Positions 50,785-59,450 of a DNA stretch of 64,000 nt are shown here, piece after piece. The position numbers and the translations under genes are program-made. The notes beneath the pieces are model-generated. The model saw nothing but the letters and a program-made list of their open reading frames with translations, had not been told where the DNA came from and made no database searches. This DNA comes from Chloroflexota bacterium (GTDB taxonomy: Bacteria; Chloroflexota; UBA11872), in NCBI GenBank assembly GCA_047516685.1, contig JAKZUJ010000108.1, forward strand, positions 14,787 to 78,786, given 5' to 3'. The first letter of the stretch is position 1; the number at the start of each line of letters is the position of its first letter.

Positions 50785-51386
50785 GCACTCGGCGCCGCGT
50801 CGGTTGACTCACCAGGCGCAATCTCCAGGTCCAATTGCGGTAAGTCGTCCAGCGACGTGAGTCCAAAGTAGGCCAGGAACGTGTCGGTTGTCGTAAAGAC
50901 CGCTGGCCGCCCTGGGGCATCCAGTCGCCCGGCTTCCCGGATCAGATTTCGCGCCAGCAGGGTCGCAAGCGCACTGTCCGAATCGACGCCTCGCACCCGC
51001 TCGATCTCGGCGCGCGTTGCCTGGCCCTGATAGGCGACGATTCCCAACGTTTCCAGCGCCGCGCGTGTCGGCTGCCGGCGGTGATCCAGGCCGAGTAGAC
51101 GCCGGCAAGACTCCGCCAGGTCGGGAGCGGAAGCCAGCCGGAATGCGTTCCGGTGCTCCAGCAACACGATCCCGCGTAGTCGATAATCCTCGGCCAGTTC
51201 GCCGAGCGCCACTCGTGTTTCAGACTCGGACGCCCCGGTGACGCTCGCGAGTTCGGCCGCGGTCAGCGCCCGATCAGCCACGAACAGCAGCGCCTCAATC
51301 GTTCGGGCGAGCCCAAAGTCGCCTTCCAGTGCATCCGACGCGGCGTCGGCGCCGGGCTCGGACCTTCCGCCGTTATCCGTCGCCAT
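50781..51386 (-). CDS. scpB: segregation and condensation protein B
   Basis: ORF-track 50781..51536. ATG 51386 (MATDNGG...) is preferred. Two winged-helix repeats (IEALLFVADRALTAAELASVTG ... LETLGIVAYQGQATRAEIERVRGV). Confidence 0.8.
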   Translation of the reverse strand: MATDNGGRSEPGADAASDALEGDFGLARTIEALLFVADRALTAAELASVTGASESETRVALGELAEDYRLRGIVLLEHRNAFRLASAPDLAESCRRLLGLDHRRQPTRAALETLGIVAYQGQATRAEIERVRGVDSDSALATLLARNLIREAGRLDAPGRPAVFTTTDTFLAYFGLTSLDDLPQLDLEIAPGESTDAAPSA

Positions 51387-52128
51387 GCCTGGCGGTGGAC
51401 GCGAGGATGATTGATCCGAATGGACTCGATTGCTCGACGGTCGCCGTGCGCTGCTTGACCAGGTGCAGGACCGCCACGAAAGTTGCAATGAGTTCAGCGC
51501 GGTCGGCGCACGCGGCGGCAATTGTGTCAAAGGCAAGTCGTCCCTGGACTCTCAGCAGTGACTCGAGGTCGCGCACCTTGTCCGCAACTCGGAATCGGCG
51601 TGTGGGTTCGCTGACCAGCGCCTCAATGGGCGCATCCACACGAGTCAGACGATCCAGTGCCTTGATGAGACGCGCCAGATCGCCGGCTCCAGGTTCCGGA
51701 GCAGGCTGCGGAAGATCGGGCGTCGCGACTCGGATGAATGAGGCGTTCCCGGCACGCAGGCGCGCATCCAGATCAACGGCAACCGACTTGAACGCTGCGT
51801 AGACCCGCAGGCGCTCCGCCAGATCGTCTATCGACTCTTCGTCCTCTTCTGCCTCAACCCGCGGCAGCAGTGCCCGCGACTTCAGCAAGGCGAGCCGGGA
51901 CGCAACGAGCAGAAACTCCGACGCCGCTTCAGTAAAGCGCTCATGCAATTCGTGCGCATAGGTAACAAACTGGTCTGTCACGGCCAGTACCGAAACGCCG
52001 GTGATATCCAGTCCCTGCTTTTCGATCAGTTGGACCAGCAGGTCGAGCGGACCCTCAAAATCCTTGATGTCAACCTCAAAGCCGCCCAAGGCAGTGGCCT
52101 GCCCGGCCGGGCCCCACGTGGCGGTCAT
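51373..52128 (-). CDS. scpA: segregation and condensation protein A
   Basis: DIKDFEGPLDLLVQLIEKQGLDITGVSVLAVTDQF kleisin N-terminal motif. Confidence 0.85.
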   Translation of the reverse strand: MTATWGPAGQATALGGFEVDIKDFEGPLDLLVQLIEKQGLDITGVSVLAVTDQFVTYAHELHERFTEAASEFLLVASRLALLKSRALLPRVEAEEDEESIDDLAERLRVYAAFKSVAVDLDARLRAGNASFIRVATPDLPQPAPEPGAGDLARLIKALDRLTRVDAPIEALVSEPTRRFRVADKVRDLESLLRVQGRLAFDTIAAACADRAELIATFVAVLHLVKQRTATVEQSSPFGSIILASTARHGDG

Positions 52129-52613
52129 AGCCGGGCGTCCAGTTCGGCTAGCCGCCGCCCGCGCGCATGCTCGCGGTAGCCGTAGCAGCGCAGCGTGTCC
52201 ACAACATCCGCGTGCGATCCCGCCAGTTCCGCCAGACGCGCGCTGTTCTCGGTGTCCTCAACGAGACGGGCAATTCGTCCCCGGCGCGACGTCGGCGGGT
52301 GGCGTTGCCATCGCAGGAGCAGCCACGGCGCAAGAGCCTTGGTCAGCGTGAGACCCGTGCGGTCGGGCAATCCGGGTCGTCCTTTGCCTACGTCGTGCAG
52401 CAGTGCCGCGATGTGTAGCGCCACATCCGCTGGCCAGGCGTCCTGCGCCGCCGCGTACACCGCCAGCGCGTGGCGCTGATCGGCTGCTGATAGCCGGCGA
52501 AACAGCGCCTGCTCGTCCGTGTTCAGCCCACCGGTGGCCTGCTCGCGCGCCCCCGCGGGAACGCGCGGATCGAAAAATGCCACAGCTTGCCGCAGCCGGT
52601 AGCTAGCTCCCAA
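52125..52613 (-). CDS. HD-domain protein (small metal-dependent phosphohydrolase)
   Basis: H..(A)LLHDVGK motif. 162 aa. 4-nt overlap with scpA start. Confidence 0.6.
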   Translation of the reverse strand: MGASYRLRQAVAFFDPRVPAGAREQATGGLNTDEQALFRRLSAADQRHALAVYAAAQDAWPADVALHIAALLHDVGKGRPGLPDRTGLTLTKALAPWLLLRWQRHPPTSRRGRIARLVEDTENSARLAELAGSHADVVDTLRCYGYREHARGRRLAELDARL

Positions 52614-53232
52614 GGAGCAGACCCATGGCCCAAAGCACGGGGCGACTGATGACTCCGCTGGCCCCCGGCACGATGGCGACCACCAGGAACAGGCCGATCA
52701 GGAGTCCGGGGCCGTACGAGCGCAGCCTTTCCAACGGGGCGGCCATGTCTTGCGGGACCAGGCCGACCAACACGCTGAACCCATCCAGCGGCGGCAGCGG
52801 TATCAGGTTGAAAATGGCCAGAAAGAGATTGAGTTGAATGATCAGGACGACGGCGACTGTGACCGGGTCCGCCCTGGAACTGGTCAGGAGCTGCCGGGCA
52901 ACCGGTGTGAGCGCCAGTGCCAGCACAATGTTGGACGCCGGCCCCGCCGCGGCGACCAGCGCCATGCCGCGGTGCGAGCCGAAGCGCAGCCGGTACGGGT
53001 TCACCATCACGGGCCGCCCCCAGCCGAACGAGGCGATCAGGATCATGATCGTCCCTAGCGGGTCCAGATGTCGCAGAGGGTTTAGCGTCACCCGGCCCTG
53101 TAGCCGTGGAAGATCGTCGCCCAGCCAGGTCGCCGCCAGGGCGTGACTGGCCTCATGCAAGGTGATCGCCACCACGAACGCAATCGCGACAATTAGGAAG
53201 AGCTGTGGGTCTTGGGCCAGGCGCAGCAGCAT
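52603..53232 (-). CDS. M50-family (site-2-protease-like) membrane zinc metalloprotease
   Basis: HEASHAL (HExxH) in first TM helix. 4-5 TM helices. 209 aa, matching small S2P-like proteins. Confidence 0.7.
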   Translation of the reverse strand: MLLRLAQDPQLFLIVAIAFVVAITLHEASHALAATWLGDDLPRLQGRVTLNPLRHLDPLGTIMILIASFGWGRPVMVNPYRLRFGSHRGMALVAAAGPASNIVLALALTPVARQLLTSSRADPVTVAVVLIIQLNLFLAIFNLIPLPPLDGFSVLVGLVPQDMAAPLERLRSYGPGLLIGLFLVVAIVPGASGVISRPVLWAMGLLLGS

Positions 53233-53344
53233 GTAGTTAGGTCAATCCCGCCAAACAGGGGACGCCGGCGGAACTCTGGGCCCTGATCCCCAGACCCAAG
53301 CTGCATGGTCGCACCAGGCATTGAAGGGTGATGGCCGCTCGCGC

Positions 53345-54112
53345 TTAGTCATGAATTCGCTCGACGGTCACCGCCGTACCCACACCACAACCCAGCGCTT
53401 GCGTGGCCGACTTGCCCGGTAGCGCGATCTCGAGCAGATTCCAGCTTCCGATCAGCGCTACCGGAGCATCACCCGTTCCGTACGTCAGCGCCAGCCCATC
53501 AATTCGAATGTCGGCAACTCGCGTGTTCAGCATGCATGAAGTTTGCACGAATGCGGCCGGAACGTTTGTGATTAAGTTCCCAAAGGCATCGACGTGAATA
53601 ACCTTGCCCTGGGCGACCTGTCCGGCAACACTCGCGGTTGGCCGCTCGACGCGCGTTGGATTTCCGATTGGCGAGCCGAGCCACTCCGGACGCTCGTAGT
53701 TCGCCAACCGCGCGGCTATTGGTGCGAAGACGTCGCGCGCATGAAATGTTGGCGCGACGCTTTCTCGCCAGGTTTCAGGTCGGTCGATAGCCCAGCACCT
53801 CACCACTCCCTCGGCGGGTGCCAGCAGGCCGTTGTCCGGGCCAACCAGCCAGCGGCCGCCGCGACGCACGATCAGTCCCCTGCGCGCCGTACCTACCCCG
53901 GGGTCGACCACCGCCAGGAGCACGGCGCCCGTGGGCAGGATCTCAAGCGAGGCGTCCACGATGTGCGCGCCGAGCTGGATGTCGTACGGCGGCACCGCGT
54001 GCGTGAGGCTCACGACCCGTGCGTCAGAGTCCGCCGCAACGACCGCGGCCACCTGGCCGGCGTAGGGATCGCCCGTTCCAAAGTCTGTCACCAGCGCCAC
54101 GAGCCGTTTCAT
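53345..54112 (-). CDS. SAM hydroxide adenosyltransferase family protein (DUF62; fluorinase/chlorinase/SAM-hydrolase fold)
   Basis: N-terminal VTDFGTGDPYAGQV. Central TFHARDVFAP. 255 aa, typical of the family. Confidence 0.75.
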   Translation of the reverse strand: MKRLVALVTDFGTGDPYAGQVAAVVAADSDARVVSLTHAVPPYDIQLGAHIVDASLEILPTGAVLLAVVDPGVGTARRGLIVRRGGRWLVGPDNGLLAPAEGVVRCWAIDRPETWRESVAPTFHARDVFAPIAARLANYERPEWLGSPIGNPTRVERPTASVAGQVAQGKVIHVDAFGNLITNVPAAFVQTSCMLNTRVADIRIDGLALTYGTGDAPVALIGSWNLLEIALPGKSATQALGCGVGTAVTVERIHD

Positions 54113-55014
54113 ACGTGCGCCGCCGGCAGTCCGTATGCCGGCCGTGCCTGCAGGGCCCCTTGCACTACGGCGGCGGCAAACGCCTCGGCCGCGGCGTGAC
54201 CAAGCATCGTCAGATCGACGTCCTGGGAAGCTCCACCCACGGCCACGGCAAAGATCGTGTCGCCGTCGTGCATGCCGTGAGCCGGTTGTACCGCCCGCGC
54301 CAGCCCGTCGTGCGCCATCTCTGCGATCTTCCGTACCTGCCAGCGCTCCAGCGCGGCATTGACACCGACAACGCCAATAGTTGTGTTCTGACCGAAGGCC
54401 GGGCTGTAGGCGCCGCCGATTCCGGCAAGCTGCCGCCCGGTAGCTGGGTCGTGGACGGCGCCCGACGGATTCACCACGGCGAGGGCGCCGGCCAGGGCGT
54501 GTCCAACGCGAACCAGCGCGCTGCCAAGGCCTCCCTTCATACGGCCGTTCCCCGAACCGATGGTCGCCCCGGTTCCAGCTCCAACGTTGCCTTGCGCCAC
54601 GGGGTCCGCGGCTGCGTTGTCCACGGCGGCTTCGCCTGCCGCGGCGTCTGGACGCACCGAGGAGTCGCCCACTGACAGGTCATAGATCACGGCGGCCGGC
54701 ACGATCGGCACCGGACCGGCTGGAGTTGGGAATCCGCGGCCGCGAGCTTCCAGACGGCGCATCACCCCGTCCGCCGCCGCCAGTCCAAAGGCGCTTCCGC
54801 CTGTCAGCACAATCGCGTCCGCTTGTGCAACGAGGCCGCCCGGATCCAGGGCGTCCGTCTCGCGTGTGCCCGGGGCCGAACCGCGCACGTCCACCGCGGC
54901 CGGAACGGATTGATCGAAGAGCACCACCGTGCAGCCGGTTCCGGCCGAGACGTGCGTCCAGTGACCGACCCTAATGCCTGGAAGCGCGGTTAGCGTCGGA
55001 TTGGCGTCGGCCAC
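54109..55014 (-). CDS. DmpA/S58-family (P1) aminopeptidase
   Basis: LTALPGIRVGHWT ... GTGCTVVL ... SAFGL. Ntn-hydrolase-like. 4-nt overlap with downstream DUF62 gene. Confidence 0.75.
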   Translation of the reverse strand: MADANPTLTALPGIRVGHWTHVSAGTGCTVVLFDQSVPAAVDVRGSAPGTRETDALDPGGLVAQADAIVLTGGSAFGLAAADGVMRRLEARGRGFPTPAGPVPIVPAAVIYDLSVGDSSVRPDAAAGEAAVDNAAADPVAQGNVGAGTGATIGSGNGRMKGGLGSALVRVGHALAGALAVVNPSGAVHDPATGRQLAGIGGAYSPAFGQNTTIGVVGVNAALERWQVRKIAEMAHDGLARAVQPAHGMHDGDTIFAVAVGGASQDVDLTMLGHAAAEAFAAAVVQGALQARPAYGLPAAHV

Positions 55015-55086
55015 TCACCGCGCCTCCTGGTGGTTGATGTGGACAGATTGTCACAGACCCACCGAAGGTGTTGAATAGAATCGCGC

Positions 55087-56367
55087 ATGGTGCGACGCCT
55101 GTCTCGACGTGCCTTGATCGCGGTGGCGGCGAGCGCTGTCGCCGCTTGCGGCGCCGCCGTGCAGCCGGACGACTTGCCGCAGACGCTGGTGGTCGCGGCC
55201 GCAGGCGACGAACCGCAGAGCGATCGTGCGCCGTCCGCGCTCGGCTCCCAGCAGAGGCGCGCGAGGCTGCTGGCGGATGTGGCCAACCTGACGGCGCTGG
55301 ACGCGAGTGAATCGCTACGTACATCCGCTCTTGGCGACGCTCTCGTCCAATCCATCGATGCCATTGGCCTGGACGCCGAGCGTCGGTCCTTTCTGGCCGC
55401 CAGCCGCGAACTCCCGTCCGTCAGCGTGCGCGTGGACGGCGATTTTATTCTGGCCGCCGGCATGATCTATTCGGCGGTCGGAGTTGCCGAAGGCCCGCTG
55501 CGGCGCGCCGAAGTGGACGACACGGGAACGCTGCACGGGTCGAATTACCAGGGCGCCGTGGTTCTCGTGTCACGCGGTGTCACGCCTTTTCGTGCGATCG
55601 GGCGTCTGCTCGAAGACGCCGGCGCCGCGGCTGTCATCATCCAAAACGACCGCCCGGGACTCCTCTACGGCACGCTCAGGCATCCGTCGGGCATTCCGGT
55701 CGTGGCCGTTACCGAGGAAGCGGGCGAAGACCTCGTCGAGCGTCTTGACCGCGGCGACGTGCGCGCAGTCATTGACGTTTCGCCTCCGCCCCGATCATTT
55801 GAGGGCGCCAATGTGATTGGCCATCGTGCGGGGCCGTTGCGGCGGAAAATCGTCGTTGCCACCCCAGCCGACACTCCACGAGGTGACTACTCCAACGGCG
55901 GCAACGCCGACGGTCTGGCGCTGCTGCTGGCACTCGGGCGCTATGCCGCGGAACTCGAACCACGGCATTCCGTCACCTTCATCGCTTTCGATGCTACGCA
56001 TCGCGGCTATGTCGGGAGCCGCTGGTATCTCGCACATTTGCCGGACGACGTGCTCGCCTCCGTCGACGCTGTTCTTACCTTTGACCGACCAGGCCGTTTC
56101 CATCCGTTGCAGGTCGGAGCATCCCCAAACCTGGCGACGCTGGTCGATCAGCGCCTTCAGGCTGACGGCCACGACCTCCGCGTGTCACCCGGTTTCGGTG
56201 TGGGACGGGGCGACCACGACACCTTTGCCGCACGTGGAATCCCCTACGTCTTTCTTGCAGGCGACGGCGCCGGCGAAATCATGGCTGAGCCCCTGCTGCG
56301 TGCCTTCCAGGTCGCTGCGGCAGCGCTCGAAGTTCTGGATGGCGTCGACTCGACCACGACGACCTAG
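55087..56367 (+). CDS. M28-family aminopeptidase with PA domain, Tat/lipoprotein signal
   Basis: RRALIAVAASAVAAC signal with lipobox. ANVIGHRAG ... HSVTFIAFDATHRGYVGSRWY zinc-ligand region. Confidence 0.75.
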   Translation: MVRRLSRRALIAVAASAVAACGAAVQPDDLPQTLVVAAAGDEPQSDRAPSALGSQQRRARLLADVANLTALDASESLRTSALGDALVQSIDAIGLDAERRSFLAASRELPSVSVRVDGDFILAAGMIYSAVGVAEGPLRRAEVDDTGTLHGSNYQGAVVLVSRGVTPFRAIGRLLEDAGAAAVIIQNDRPGLLYGTLRHPSGIPVVAVTEEAGEDLVERLDRGDVRAVIDVSPPPRSFEGANVIGHRAGPLRRKIVVATPADTPRGDYSNGGNADGLALLLALGRYAAELEPRHSVTFIAFDATHRGYVGSRWYLAHLPDDVLASVDAVLTFDRPGRFHPLQVGASPNLATLVDQRLQADGHDLRVSPGFGVGRGDHDTFAARGIPYVFLAGDGAGEIMAEPLLRAFQVAAAALEVLDGVDSTTTT

Positions 56368-56425
56368 CCCTCGCTTCGAACCACGCCGAGACCGAACACG
56401 AGGTCGCCGGTCGCTCCGGGGTGAT

Positions 56426-57640
56426 CTAGCAAGGACTCCCGTTATCCCGAAGCCTCTGACGCAGCCGCCCATTCGCGTCCCTCAGCGCCATATCCAGGTC
56501 GATGTCAGCTGCATCGGCCCGTGAAGCCACCCACAGCAGCGCGTCGCCCAGCAAGTCCGCGTCGTCGCCGGCCGCCAGCACCGCCAACGTCTCCGCCTCC
56601 TGACCGGGCTCGTCAAGCGGTAGCCCCGCCCGGCGCAGCGCGCGAACCGCCGACCGCGCAAACGTCAGGCTGGGCATTGAGTCGGGCAGGCCGTCCAGCG
56701 GACCGGACGTCCCGCCTTTCTCAGCCGCCTTAATCCTCGCCCACGCCGTGCGCAGGTCCGTCAGTCCGGTGGTGTGCGCGTCGCCGAATACGTGCGGATG
56801 TCGTCGGATCATCTTGGCGCTGATGGCGGCAACGACGTCTGGCCAGGCGAAGCCCCCGCGCTGTCGGGCAATCTCCGCGTGCAGGACGAGGTTCAACAGG
56901 ACGTCGCCGAACTCGTCCGCCATCGCCGCGTCATCCCCTTGGTCGATGGCGGCCAGCGCTTCGTGTGCTTCCTCGACCAGGTAGGGACGCAGCGTCCTAT
57001 GCGTCTGACGCTTGTCCCACGGACAGCCGTCCGGGCCGCGCAAACGGCGTGCGATGTCGCGTAGCGTGTTCGTGTCCCGAAGTCTTGATTGCTCCGTCGG
57101 CCAGGCTCGCAACGACGCTGGAAACGCTACTGATCCGTTGTCGTCAGCTACCCAATGCGAGCTTGACCAGGGCCTGATCTCGATAGTTGCGTCCGACCCA
57201 TACGCTGCGCGCAGACGGTCCCGCCAGGCCATGCGCACATTGCCGTCGGCAATCCCTCGCACCACGGTGAGCAGCCCAGGTGCGGGCCGCCAGTCCATGC
57301 TGGCTGGCCCGGTTAGCGTGGGTCCGGCGGCGGCCGGTGCGGACTCAGATCCAACAGTCAGACCGATGGATGCGCGATCCGCCAGGTCCAGCAGCACGGC
57401 GACACCGGGGTCGTCGTCTCGGCCCTCGCCGGGAGCCAAGTACAACACGCGTTCGGCGTGCAAATCGTTAAGGGCATGTTCCCAGGTCGCTGCCTCCGGC
57501 GGCGCTGGCAACGGAGCAATCTGGTACGCGGAGGCGATGGGCACCCACGACACCAGGCGCTCCGCCGGCTCTGGCGCGGCGCTGGCCAGCCGCTGGAGGT
57601 TCCCGTCGCCAATAAATGCTGTGCGTACGGCAACGTTCAT
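56426..57640 (-). CDS. mazG: MazG-family NTP pyrophosphohydrolase fused to N-terminal methylase-like domain (YabN-like)
   Basis: CPWDKRQTHRTLRPYLVEEAHEALAAI ... EFGDVLLNLVLHAEIA MazG motifs in C-terminal half. N-terminal ~200 aa resembles the degenerate tetrapyrrole-methylase-like domain of YabN. Confidence 0.7.
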   Translation of the reverse strand: MNVAVRTAFIGDGNLQRLASAAPEPAERLVSWVPIASAYQIAPLPAPPEAATWEHALNDLHAERVLYLAPGEGRDDDPGVAVLLDLADRASIGLTVGSESAPAAAGPTLTGPASMDWRPAPGLLTVVRGIADGNVRMAWRDRLRAAYGSDATIEIRPWSSSHWVADDNGSVAFPASLRAWPTEQSRLRDTNTLRDIARRLRGPDGCPWDKRQTHRTLRPYLVEEAHEALAAIDQGDDAAMADEFGDVLLNLVLHAEIARQRGGFAWPDVVAAISAKMIRRHPHVFGDAHTTGLTDLRTAWARIKAAEKGGTSGPLDGLPDSMPSLTFARSAVRALRRAGLPLDEPGQEAETLAVLAAGDDADLLGDALLWVASRADAADIDLDMALRDANGRLRQRLRDNGSPC

Positions 57641-57718
57641 CGGTTAGAACCAAGTCTTGCAATCTGGCGCCACGCGCTGCGATATTCTAGAGCTTGGCCC
57701 TAGACGCTCTTTCCCGGT

Positions 57719-58111
57719 GTGTTGATGTACCCAGACAACCTTCGCTATACCCGCGAACATGAGTGGGTTCGCGACGAAGGCGACCGCTTGGTCGTCGGAA
57801 TCACGGCCTATGCGCAGGAAGAGCTTGGGGACGTTGTCTACGTCGAACTGCCAACGCCGGGGGACACCTTCGCGGCGGGCGATGAGTTTGGGACGGTCGA
57901 GTCGGTCAAGGCCGTCTCACCCCTCTACGCCCCCGTCTCGGGCGAGGTCCTGGAATCGAACGAGATCCTGGAAGGTCAGCCGGAACTCATCAACGATGAT
58001 CCGTACACGGCCGGCTGGATGATCCGTCTGGCGCCCAGCGACCCCACCGAGCGCGACTCCCTGCTCGACCGGCAGGCGTACGAACAGCTCGTGAATGACT
58101 TACGCGCCTAA
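57719..58111 (+). CDS. gcvH: glycine cleavage system H protein
   Basis: YTREHEWVR ... VESVKAVSPLYAP (lipoyl-lysine). Start may be ATG 57725. Confidence 0.9.
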   Translation: MLMYPDNLRYTREHEWVRDEGDRLVVGITAYAQEELGDVVYVELPTPGDTFAAGDEFGTVESVKAVSPLYAPVSGEVLESNEILEGQPELINDDPYTAGWMIRLAPSDPTERDSLLDRQAYEQLVNDLRA

Positions 58112-59450
58112 CACCGACGCCGACCGGGTCACAATGCTCCGCGCGGTCGGCGTTGAGTCCATTGACGATCTCTTTGCAGACATCCCGGCTCAGCACCGCG
58201 ACCCGGTGCTTGACTTGCCGCCAGCGCTCCCCGAAACCGACGCCATCCGCCACCTCCAGGCGCTCGGCGAACTGAATGCCACCTCAAACGACCTGCCAAC
58301 ATTCCTGGGCGCTGGGTTCTACCGCCACTTCGTGCCGGCGCTGGTCGATCAGCAGTTGCTGCGCTCGGAGTGGTATACGGCCTACACGCCCTATCAGCCG
58401 GAAATGGCGCAGGGCACCTTACAGGCAATGTACGAGTTTCAGTCGCTCGTCTGCGACCTCACTGGCATGGAAGTTTCGAACGCCTCGTTGTACGACGGAG
58501 CATCGGCGCTGGCCGAGGCCGTGCTCTTGTGTCGCGGTCTTACCCGACGTCCACGCGTCGTCATTGCCGACACCGTGCATCCGGCCTATCGGGAAGTCGC
58601 AGCCACCTACACGAGTGCATTGGACGTCGAGTTCAAGGTCGTGCCGGCGGCCTGCCGAGACGGGACCAGCGTTCGACCGGACGTTCAACCGCTGATCGAA
58701 GCCATTGACGAACGAACCAGCTGCGTGGTGATCCAGCGCCCGGACTTTCTGGGCATGGTGATTGATTCCGATCCGGTCGTTCAGGCCGCCCGCCAACACG
58801 GCGCTCGGGTGGTGATTGTCGTCGGTGATCCCGTGTCCCTGGGCTTGCTGGTCTCGCCCGGCGATCTCGGCGCGGACATCGTGGTCGGCGAACTGCGCTC
58901 GCTGGCCGGCCCGCCCGCCTACGGTGGGCCTGGCGCTGGCATGTTTGCCGTCAGGAACCAGTTGATCCGTCGCGTTCCGGGCCGCATCGCCGGTCGCACG
59001 CTGGACCTGGACGGGAAGACGGCATTTGTCCTGACGCTTCAGACCCGCGAGCAGCACATTCGTCGCGAACGCGCCACGTCCAATATCACTACCAACCAGG
59101 CCTTGGTGACGCTGGGTGCAACGCTCACGCTGAGTGCATTGGGCCGTCGCGGCCTGCGTGAGAGTGCGGAGCAATGCCTCAGCGCCGCGCACCATGCGGC
59201 CGAGGCTCTGAGCGATGCGGGGGCCGTGATTGCTACCGACGCCCCATACTTCAACGAGTTCGCCGTGCACGCGCCCGAAGGCGCGGCCGCGCGGCTCGAC
59301 CGTCTCCGCCGCGAGGGCAACGTTCTCGCCGGCCTTGATCTCGGTTGCCTGTCCGCCTACTTCGGTGACCTGATCCTTGTCGCCGCCACCGAACTGACGA
59401 CCGCCAGCGATGTCGAAGCGCTGGCCGCGGCCTGGGCGCGCACTCGATGA
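58095..59450 (+). CDS. gcvPA: glycine dehydrogenase (decarboxylating) subunit 1
   Basis: MLRAVGVESIDDLFADIP ... YTPYQPEMAQGTLQAMYEFQ. Confidence 0.9.
   Translation: MTYAPNTDADRVTMLRAVGVESIDDLFADIPAQHRDPVLDLPPALPETDAIRHLQALGELNATSNDLPTFLGAGFYRHFVPALVDQQLLRSEWYTAYTPYQPEMAQGTLQAMYEFQSLVCDLTGMEVSNASLYDGASALAEAVLLCRGLTRRPRVVIADTVHPAYREVAATYTSALDVEFKVVPAACRDGTSVRPDVQPLIEAIDERTSCVVIQRPDFLGMVIDSDPVVQAARQHGARVVIVVGDPVSLGLLVSPGDLGADIVVGELRSLAGPPAYGGPGAGMFAVRNQLIRRVPGRIAGRTLDLDGKTAFVLTLQTREQHIRRERATSNITTNQALVTLGATLTLSALGRRGLRESAEQCLSAAHHAAEALSDAGAVIATDAPYFNEFAVHAPEGAAARLDRLRREGNVLAGLDLGCLSAYFGDLILVAATELTTASDVEALAAAWARTR

Noticed and set aside
57641-57718. Glycine riboswitch expected upstream of gcvH
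   Set aside because: Region is only 78 nt. It lacks the conserved aptamer core sequences and abuts the divergent mazG start.
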